From IMG/VR virus record IMGVR_UViG_3300027744_000013, positions 32,001-96,000 of that record: DNA of 64,000 nucleotides. One strand, given 5' to 3'. Both the position numbers and the translations under genes were made by a program. The DNA comes from a virus. Shown piece by piece: positions 57,138 through 64,000 of the stretch. Every line of letters starts with the position of its first letter. Position 1 is the first letter of the stretch. The notes below the pieces were generated by a model. The model saw only the letters and a list, made by a program, of their open reading frames with translations. It made no database searches and was not told where the DNA came from.

Positions 57138-57318
57138 AAACCCCAAAGAGTTTGGTAACTGCGGCTGTGGCCGTAGCCCAACGGGTAAATGTGTAGGATG
57201 GCATGGACTGAGTGATCAGGAATGGGCTGAAGGTAAAACACAGCTAGTCCATAATCTGCTATCAGGACATGGAAAAGTAGCAATCGTAGATGAAAGCTCA
57301 GATGATGAAGATCTTTGA
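57118..57318 (+). CDS. CDGSH-type Fe-S/Zn finger-like protein
   Basis: CGCGRS....C.GWH. Confidence 0.6.
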   Translation: MQIRATENPKEFGNCGCGRSPTGKCVGWHGLSDQEWAEGKTQLVHNLLSGHGKVAIVDESSDDEDL

Positions 57319-57634
57319 TAAATGGCTTTACACCAAAGTTCGTCATATGTGGGAAAACAAATGCGAATACGAAGAACCACAAAACAGCTGGCTAAAAAAT
57401 AACAAACAAATGGCAATAGGTATGGGTACAACAGCAATGGTAGAACGCGGCAATGCCGAAGGACAAGATCGAATCACCTTTGAACTGACATCAGCAGTAG
57501 GTGGCCGCATCTTGAATGTGCGCAGATATGACGACCGTAAGGATCGACACGATAGCCAAACTTACGTGATCCCCAGCGGAGAAGATGTAGGGTCTAGGGT
57601 AGCCAAAATTATTAACTTAGAATTGATTAAATAA
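57290..57634 (+). CDS. Hypothetical protein
   Basis: AVGGRI...YD...DR. Confidence 0.65.
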   Translation: MKAQMMKIFDKWLYTKVRHMWENKCEYEEPQNSWLKNNKQMAIGMGTTAMVERGNAEGQDRITFELTSAVGGRILNVRRYDDRKDRHDSQTYVIPSGEDVGSRVAKIINLELIK

Positions 57635-57643
57635 ACTTACCAA

Positions 57644-58012
57644 TTGGAGATTCTTATGGACTTTTTAATATACATTGTCGTGGCCGTAGTTGCATTTTGG
57701 ATTGGTTGGCATGCTAGGGGTATTATCTTTCTAGCCAATATCAGCGAAAATCCAGAACGTGTTATTGACATGCTTAACAAGATCAAAAAGATAAACGAGG
57801 AAGAGGACGATGGCATTGTTAGTGCAGAAGGCACTGAATTGTTCATTGAACAAGTTGGCAACGGACTTTATGCTTACATTAAAGATACCAAACAATTTGT
57901 TGCCCAAGCACCAGATTTGAGTAGCTTGCTGATTGAAGCCCATAAACGTTTTCCAACACAGAAGTTTTTTGGAAAAATATCTAACGAAAATTCTGCCAAA
58001 GAACTTGCTTAA
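57644..58012 (+). CDS. Membrane-anchored hypothetical protein
   Basis: N-terminal TM segment. Confidence 0.65.
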   Translation: MEILMDFLIYIVVAVVAFWIGWHARGIIFLANISENPERVIDMLNKIKKINEEEDDGIVSAEGTELFIEQVGNGLYAYIKDTKQFVAQAPDLSSLLIEAHKRFPTQKFFGKISNENSAKELA

Positions 58013-58089
58013 TATCTTGTGTTGTACTATACTAGTAAAACGTTGGTGATACGCACCGACACACTGATATAAAACACAAAGGAAACAAT

Positions 58090-58362
58090 ATGAAATTTTT
58101 CAATCCAGAAACTAAGACTTACAAGATCTTCAACGCATTGTACAATGGCGACACATTGACAGCTAGCCAAGCTGAAAAGCGTTTTGGCGTTAAGAACATT
58201 AGCGCAGAAGTAAGCCGTATCCGTTCAAACGGTTATGCGATCTATGCTAATGCACGTAAAGCTGGCAATGGCGTTCAGGTAACTGAATACGCTATGGGTA
58301 AGCCATCACGTGAAATTATTGCCTTAGGTTATAAAGCCAAGGCAATGGGCATTACTCTTTAA
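58090..58362 (+). CDS. Winged-HTH DNA-binding protein
   Basis: LTASQAEKRFGVKNISAEVSRIR..GY. Confidence 0.7.
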   Translation: MKFFNPETKTYKIFNALYNGDTLTASQAEKRFGVKNISAEVSRIRSNGYAIYANARKAGNGVQVTEYAMGKPSREIIALGYKAKAMGITL

Positions 58363-58379
58363 TTAGATACTGCTTAGTC

Positions 58380-58409
58380 AAAAAGCCCACAGAGTCGTGG
58401 GCTTTTTTT
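58380..58409. terminator. Intrinsic terminator
   Basis: AAAAAGCCCAC-AGAGTC-GTGGGCTTTTT. Confidence 0.85.
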
Positions 58410-58420
58410 ATAACTATACT

Positions 58421-58705
58421 ATGACTATTAAAAACACTATAAATTGGATTAAACAAGATTATAATGAGTACCCGTTGCGATTTAGTTTGGAGTTAGTTGC
58501 ATGGTTCATGAGTATCAGTTGTACAATATGGATGGGTTATACATTACCAAATCCTCCGTTTATATTTTTATATCCGCTGTTCATTATACAATGTTGTATA
58601 TTTGCGTGGGCCGCTTGGACTAGAGGTTCAACTGGTATGATTGCCAATTACATGCTAATCTCAACTATTGATGTTGTAGCCTACATTAGGATGATTACAC
58701 AATGA
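58421..58705 (+). CDS. Small membrane protein
   Basis: Three hydrophobic segments. Confidence 0.65.
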   Translation: MTIKNTINWIKQDYNEYPLRFSLELVAWFMSISCTIWMGYTLPNPPFIFLYPLFIIQCCIFAWAAWTRGSTGMIANYMLISTIDVVAYIRMITQ

Positions 58706-58823
58706 AGTTAGGTGATTTATTCAGTACCGCATCAGGATTACTATTTAAAGTAACAGGAATAGAGCTTAGGGATAATGACCCATGGGTTCTTTACGAAAAC
58801 ACACAGACATTGGAAAGTTATTC

Positions 58824-59048
58824 ATGCAGACAAGAAGCGTTCTTATCGCGATTCTTTGCCTTGGTTGCTTAAACGGCTGTGCCGTTTATAACGTGGCCAG
58901 TATAGGCAGTTACGCTGTCACAGGTAAGAGTATTGGCGATCACGCAGGGTCAACCGTTTCAGGCGGTGACTGCAATACTATCAAACATCTTTGGAATGGG
59001 AAATACATTTGCGAAATGCCCGTTGTCTACAATCGATCAGCGTTCTAA
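58824..59048 (+). CDS. Small lipoprotein
   Basis: LNGC lipobox. Confidence 0.6.
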   Translation: MQTRSVLIAILCLGCLNGCAVYNVASIGSYAVTGKSIGDHAGSTVSGGDCNTIKHLWNGKYICEMPVVYNRSAF

Positions 59049-59109
59049 TGAGTTGACAACTTTCTGGAATGGCATTATAATAAACACATATTAACACACA
59101 GAGGCATGT

Positions 59110-60240
59110 ATGACATTCAAGTTCAAATACGAGGACGTTACTAAAAAACCAAATCCAATGGTTAAAATCAATCCTCTCAAACGTGGATCTGGTAAGACTG
59201 TTAATCTTCAAGATCGAGTTAATACTCTTAACAAGAGTGCGGCTTGGAAGAAAACAATCAAGGCTTGGACTAACCAAAGCAAACAGTTTGACCTTACACG
59301 CTTGCCAAAAGTCTCAATGGAGAAACTTGGATCGATTGATATTGATGAAGACATCCAACGTGCATTAGATGACAAGCATTGTGCTAATCGCATTGCTGAC
59401 CCAGGCTTGTTTGACCCGGCATTGCTACAAACAGCTCAGTGTATTAAAACTACCAAAGGTAAGTTTATTAGTATTGACAGTCAACATACTGTTAGTACAG
59501 TTGCCGCATTAATTGATGCTGGTCTAGTACCGGGCCACACTGACTGGAGAGAATTTGAATTTCCATTCCAATACATTGAAACTAATAATCTAGCCTATGC
59601 TCGACGTGCATTTAGTATTCTTAACGGCAAGGGCAAGAAAAAGCAGTCAGCATACCAACAGATGCGTAATAGTATCTTCATCGTGCGCATTGACAAAGAC
59701 AAGTCTGATCAGGAAGACGTTGATCTTGAAAAGAAGGTTAGTGTTGCTGAAAAGTACGAGTGCTTTCCGGTTGAGACCGAAAGTGACTTGGCTAAGTATC
59801 CCGGAACATTTACTAACATTGCTACGTTTAAAACTCTTAATGATGACGAAGTAGAACAATCATGTGAATGGCACCATAAGTATTTTCACTACGAAAACGT
59901 TCACGTTAGTCTGTTCTTTGTGTTCCGTGACTTGTGCCGCCAGTTTGATAGTGCTAAGATCAAGTTGACTCCTAAGTTCCAAGAAGAACTAGCCGCAATG
60001 GTACAAAGTTGCTTTGGTAACTTGTCACAGTTCCAAGAGTCTGTTACAGAAGCACATCGCCGTTGGACTGTACAGCGATATGGTTATCAAGCCGCATGGG
60101 ACGACGATGCCTATGCTTGTGCGTTGATTCAACTATATCAACATTTTGGTGGCAAGGAACGAGTCGCACCTACTTTACTTGACCACTTCGACGGACTTAT
60201 TGAGTTTTTTGACCAAGACATTTTGAACCTAGCTGAATAA
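59110..60240 (+). CDS. ParB/DGQHR-like N-domain protein
   Basis: IQR.LD, ISIDSQHT, F..LN; own TTGACA-17-TATAAT. Confidence 0.55.
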   Translation: MTFKFKYEDVTKKPNPMVKINPLKRGSGKTVNLQDRVNTLNKSAAWKKTIKAWTNQSKQFDLTRLPKVSMEKLGSIDIDEDIQRALDDKHCANRIADPGLFDPALLQTAQCIKTTKGKFISIDSQHTVSTVAALIDAGLVPGHTDWREFEFPFQYIETNNLAYARRAFSILNGKGKKKQSAYQQMRNSIFIVRIDKDKSDQEDVDLEKKVSVAEKYECFPVETESDLAKYPGTFTNIATFKTLNDDEVEQSCEWHHKYFHYENVHVSLFFVFRDLCRQFDSAKIKLTPKFQEELAAMVQSCFGNLSQFQESVTEAHRRWTVQRYGYQAAWDDDAYACALIQLYQHFGGKERVAPTLLDHFDGLIEFFDQDILNLAE

Positions 60241-60584
60241 TGTACTACCTATACCTAATCCAAAGCCCGTTTGGGCGTCCTGGGTTTGGCATCATGCAAA
60301 CTCCAAAGGAACGCAATAAACAATACTGTTCACATATGGGCGGAATTGTTAACATGCGGATCTATGGAGGATTGAGAGCCCATGCTAAAGCATTGGAGCG
60401 AACAATTAAAACACAATATGTAGACAACATCTGGACTATTGATGATTGGGAAACAGAGTGGTTAAATGATACTGTGCCTATGATTCAGTTACAAGAGTAT
60501 GTAGAAAGTTTAATTGCAGAGCGACACTTTAGACTAAAACTCATTGTGCCAGAGTGGAACTTTACACAAGACCTACCTGATTAA
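60240..60584 (+). CDS. GIY-YIG-like small protein
   Basis: YLYLI...GFGI...R, LE..IK, TEW; TAATG coupling. Confidence 0.5.
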   Translation: MYYLYLIQSPFGRPGFGIMQTPKERNKQYCSHMGGIVNMRIYGGLRAHAKALERTIKTQYVDNIWTIDDWETEWLNDTVPMIQLQEYVESLIAERHFRLKLIVPEWNFTQDLPD

Positions 60585-60592
60585 ATACTAGC

Positions 60593-61411
60593 ATGAGAAT
60601 ACTAGTAACCGGCCATGAGGGATTTATTGGCCGCAATATGCTTGCCTGGCTCAATCAAGAAGAAGGTTGGCACATTGACGGCTATGAATGGCATCCAACA
60701 GAACGTCCTGACGTAAGTGGCTATGACTGGGTAATACACCTGGGTGCTATTGCTGATATGACTTGTAATGATGTAGAAGCCATACTCAAACAAAACTACG
60801 AGTTCTCCCAGTGGTTGTTCAACGAGTGCAATTTGCACGGGGTAAACTTACAGTATGCTAGCTCAAGTAGTGTCTACGGTGATAGTAAAGACTTTAGTGA
60901 ATATGCTCCTTGTCATCCACAAACACCTTATGCATGGTCTAAGTACCTCTTTGATCGTTGGTGGCCACAACAGAATGTAAACATATATGTACAGGGGTTC
61001 CGTTACTTTAATGTCTACGGCAAGTGGATGCATCTACGAGGCAAACGTGCCAATGCTATTGTCAAGTGGCGCACACAAGCCCGCAAAGAAGGCAAGATCA
61101 CAGTATGGGAAAATGCTGAACATATCCGTCGAGATTGGACTTGGGTTGGTGATGTATGTCGTTTACACATAGACTTTATCAAAGAGGTTAACGGTTCCGG
61201 TATATGGAATTGTGGTGCAGGGTTAACCCACAGCTTTCTAGATATTGCAGAAGAAATAGCAGAACAAGAGAGTGTAGAGTTAGAGTTTGAACCTGTGCCA
61301 GATGCTGAAAAACAGCGTATGCGACACACTACAAAGGCTGATCTAACCAAGTTAAAAGCCACTATAGGCAAGCGTAAATGGTTAAATGTATTTGAGTTCT
61401 TAGCCCAGTAA
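60593..61411 (+). CDS. NAD-dependent epimerase, ADP-heptose 6-epimerase (HldD/RfaD)-like
   Basis: TGHEGFIG, HLGA, YASSSSVYG, YAWSK, RYFNVYG. Confidence 0.85.
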   Translation: MRILVTGHEGFIGRNMLAWLNQEEGWHIDGYEWHPTERPDVSGYDWVIHLGAIADMTCNDVEAILKQNYEFSQWLFNECNLHGVNLQYASSSSVYGDSKDFSEYAPCHPQTPYAWSKYLFDRWWPQQNVNIYVQGFRYFNVYGKWMHLRGKRANAIVKWRTQARKEGKITVWENAEHIRRDWTWVGDVCRLHIDFIKEVNGSGIWNCGAGLTHSFLDIAEEIAEQESVELEFEPVPDAEKQRMRHTTKADLTKLKATIGKRKWLNVFEFLAQ

Positions 61412-61430
61412 GAACAATAAATACATAACT

Positions 61431-61802
61431 ATGAGAGCAAAAGAATTCACCACCGAAGGTGCCATCGGCACACACCCTAAACGCCCGGCTCGTCCTGGAA
61501 GCCGTCCTGATCGAGGGCATACTACAGAATCTCGATATAAAACAGTATGTGAATACTGTGGTACATCACACGATAAAGTTTTAGACGAGCATGGTAAAGC
61601 ATCACGTGAACTATGTAAAAGTTCTAAGCCCGACGCAGACTTAGGTGCTAGTATGCTGTCAAGTTGTAAGTCACAAGGCCTACGTGCCCGTGATGGTGAG
61701 AAATCACATAAGCTAGGCAAAGATAAAAAGAGTCGTATTAAAGTAGGAGGGCACCGTATCAAAGGACAGAAGTACGGAGGTCCCTTGCCTGACTGGAGTT
61801 AA
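61431..61802 (+). CDS. Basic probable internal head protein
   Basis: MRAKEFTTE; TAAATA upstream. Confidence 0.6.
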   Translation: MRAKEFTTEGAIGTHPKRPARPGSRPDRGHTTESRYKTVCEYCGTSHDKVLDEHGKASRELCKSSKPDADLGASMLSSCKSQGLRARDGEKSHKLGKDKKSRIKVGGHRIKGQKYGGPLPDWS

Positions 61803-61803
61803 T

Positions 61804-62364
61804 ATGCGATTCAACGAATTTAAAAATGTTAACGAAAACCTAGATAATATACTTGGCGCTATAATGGGCAAAGCTGGTATAGATATCACAGCTGGCAATA
61901 AGACAACAGATGCAAATAATATATCTATGGATGTAAATAAGCCAGCCAGCGATACAACATTTAAAGCTCATCCAGGGATAACATTACGAACATCAACAGG
62001 CATTGAAATGCCTGCAAACGGCTCACTAACTAGCCCATTTGGACAACGTGCAAGAGGCATGCATTGGGGAACTGACATTGCAGTACCGGTTGGAACACCA
62101 GTCAAAGCTCCTGAAGATTGTTTTGTTGGATCTATTGACAACAATAGTATAGCCGGATTACATGTTAATTTAACTGATGGTGCCGGACGATTAAAACATC
62201 GACTATTACATTTGTCACAAGTAAAAGTTAAACTAGGACAACTGGTTAGAAAAGGCGATGTAGTAGCACTGAGCGGCAACAGTGGAAATTCTACTGGTCC
62301 TCACTTACACTGGGAAAAATATGTTGCCGGCCGTCCAGTAGACCCAATGAAGTATATAGGATAA
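61804..62364 (+). CDS. M23 peptidase with capsid-targeting-like N-terminus
   Basis: HWGTD, HLS, STGPHLHWE. Confidence 0.9.
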   Translation: MRFNEFKNVNENLDNILGAIMGKAGIDITAGNKTTDANNISMDVNKPASDTTFKAHPGITLRTSTGIEMPANGSLTSPFGQRARGMHWGTDIAVPVGTPVKAPEDCFVGSIDNNSIAGLHVNLTDGAGRLKHRLLHLSQVKVKLGQLVRKGDVVALSGNSGNSTGPHLHWEKYVAGRPVDPMKYIG

Positions 62365-62366
62365 TT

Positions 62367-63101
62367 ATGCGATATTCAGAATTTAAAAAGATCAACGAGG
62401 ACTTAGACGGCATACTTAATGCCATCATGGGTAAAGCTGGAGTAAACGTTGCGGCCTTCAATAAAACTGAGACTGACAAACTAGCTGCCGCTGACAAGCC
62501 AGCTACTCCTAGTACGGAAAAGCCAACTACTCCCAGTACGGAAAAGCCAACTACTCCTAGTACTGAAAAGCCAACTACTCCTGAACCCCAAACATCAGTC
62601 ACAGTGTCAAATGGTTATACTCCTAAAGGTGCCACACCAGAACAAATGAAACAGTTTGGTCCTAGTTCTAAAGACAAGATCAACTGGAGAGAAATGCGTT
62701 CTTACATAGCAAACAAGCTAAGTTTTAACCATGCAGTCGCTATGGTAGTAAACTGTAAATGGGAAAGCGGTTGGCAACCGGGTCGTTGGGTACACAGTGA
62801 TGCTAGCCAAGGACCAAGTGGTGGATTGTTTATGTTTCACGATCTTACCTTTAGTGGTAAGGGGTTCTTTAGTTCAATGGCGCAAGCCTGTGGCGGCCCC
62901 GGCAAGTGGCAAACTAACTGGCAAGGACAAATTGATTTTGCCTTGTCATCACGTATAGGAAAAGGGCCAGCATTTGCCGCTAGAACATTTAAATCACCTG
63001 AAGAAGCAACGTACTGGTTTTGCGTAGAGTTTGAACGTCCACAAGATAAAGAGGCAAAGGGAAGAGAACGTGCCAAAGAAGCGCAACTCTATAGTAAGTA
63101 A
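62367..63101 (+). CDS. Phage tail lysozyme-like protein
   Basis: N..WESG, GGLF, QIDF, FERP. Confidence 0.7.
   Translation: MRYSEFKKINEDLDGILNAIMGKAGVNVAAFNKTETDKLAAADKPATPSTEKPTTPSTEKPTTPSTEKPTTPEPQTSVTVSNGYTPKGATPEQMKQFGPSSKDKINWREMRSYIANKLSFNHAVAMVVNCKWESGWQPGRWVHSDASQGPSGGLFMFHDLTFSGKGFFSSMAQACGGPGKWQTNWQGQIDFALSSRIGKGPAFAARTFKSPEEATYWFCVEFERPQDKEAKGRERAKEAQLYSK
62496..62582 (+). repeat. 24-bp coding tandem repeat (KPTTPSTE), ~3.5 copies
   Basis: AAGCCAACTACTCCYAGTACKGAA. Confidence 0.9.
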
Positions 63102-63116
63102 CAATAAATATCTCAT

Positions 63117-63665
63117 ATGAATATTGTTGGTAATTTAATAATCGCGCCGCCTGCTGTAAAAGGTAACTTCTGGCACAAGACTGTTATCATGGTAACAGAA
63201 CATCACTCCCAAGGCAGTGTAGGACTAGTGTTGAACAAGCGTAGTCAAATGAGCATTGTAGAGTTTGGTGAACAACTAGGACATCAAGTTGATGTTCCTG
63301 GATTTGTTTATCTAGGTGGCCCTGTTAATGTTAAGAGCCTGAGCTTCTTACACAGTAACGAATGGACCTGCAAGAACACAATGCAAATAAACGATGAGTT
63401 TAGTATAAGTTCAGCAGATGATATATTACCTAGACTAGCTATGGGAGACCGCCCGGAGCAATGGCGTTTATTTTTGGGCATGTGCGGTTGGAGTCCGGGG
63501 CAGTTAGTTGGCGAGATCAAAGGTCAAACCCCCTGGAATGAAGAAACAAGTTGGTGTTTGGCCAGTGCCGATTACGAACTAGTATACGGGTCAGACACTA
63601 AGGATCAATGGTGCAATGCCCTTGATCGAAGTGGTTTAGAGTTCGCTCAAAGCATATTGACGTAA
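63117..63665 (+). CDS. YqgE/AlgH (DUF179) family protein
   Basis: LIAPP, GLVLN, YLGGPV, G..GW.PGQL..E. Confidence 0.88.
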   Translation: MNIVGNLIIAPPAVKGNFWHKTVIMVTEHHSQGSVGLVLNKRSQMSIVEFGEQLGHQVDVPGFVYLGGPVNVKSLSFLHSNEWTCKNTMQINDEFSISSADDILPRLAMGDRPEQWRLFLGMCGWSPGQLVGEIKGQTPWNEETSWCLASADYELVYGSDTKDQWCNALDRSGLEFAQSILT

Positions 63666-63736
63666 ATACAAATTGAGCGTACAATGTACACTTAACTGGT
63701 TGGGTCTGTAAAACACAACACAGAAAGAGGTTCAAA

Positions 63737-64000
63737 GTGGCAGATACTTTAGTATTAAATGCAGACGGGTTGCCGGTAAGCGTCCTTCCGTTAAGCACAA
63801 TCACATGGGAAGAGTCAATCAAATACATGGTTTTAGACAAGGCCGATGTATTGCTTTATCACGAGAATTGGATTGTGCATTCAGCCCGTTGGGAAACCCA
63901 AGTTCCATCAGTTATCATGTTACGTGAGTATATGAAGCCAAAGAACGCAGTACGTTTCAGTCGGGCTAATGTATACCTACGAGACAGTGGCAAGTGTCAA
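63737..64000 (+). CDS. HNH endonuclease, McrA-like (runs off the right edge)
   Basis: Read manually from GTG: LVLNAD..P...PSVI.L...FSRANVYLRD...CQ. Confidence 0.8.
   Translation, partial: MADTLVLNADGLPVSVLPLSTITWEESIKYMVLDKADVLLYHENWIVHSARWETQVPSVIMLREYMKPKNAVRFSRANVYLRDSGKCQ

Noticed and set aside
1166-63840. Numerous short antisense ORFs in the six-frame track
   Set aside because: Shadows of well-supported genes on the opposite strand, without promoter or RBS support

Overview
64 kb of a large T4-like (myovirus, probably jumbo) phage genome in the standard genetic code; the tRNA-Ile2 sequence hints at a betaproteobacterial host. 1-17 kb: neck, dNMP kinase, tail sheath and tube, head completion, terminase and probable internal head proteins. 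17-32 kb: gp32, UvsX, UvsY, UvsW, clamp-loader subunit, a 192-aa miniature DnaE, primase, half of a carbamoyltransferase, helicase. 34.5-46.8 kb: a minus-strand array of small genes with 22 near-consensus sigma70 promoters, a shared GGAGCGAA leader, two tRNAs and a probable ~300-nt structured RNA. 46.8-48.4 kb: a repeat-rich divergence point, possibly an origin. 48.5-64 kb: plus-strand accessory and late genes. Top leads: (1) about 910 nt of early genes whose template strand has no GA or GG dinucleotide; (2) a terminator-ended RNA after the early array whose two loops (AUUCGCUCC) are complementary to the GGAGCGAA leader, while many middle and late genes look leaderless, suggesting an antisense early-to-late translational switch; (3) the unassigned structured RNA; (4) the mini-DnaE. 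All calls come from reading motifs by eye; no database search or folding program was run.
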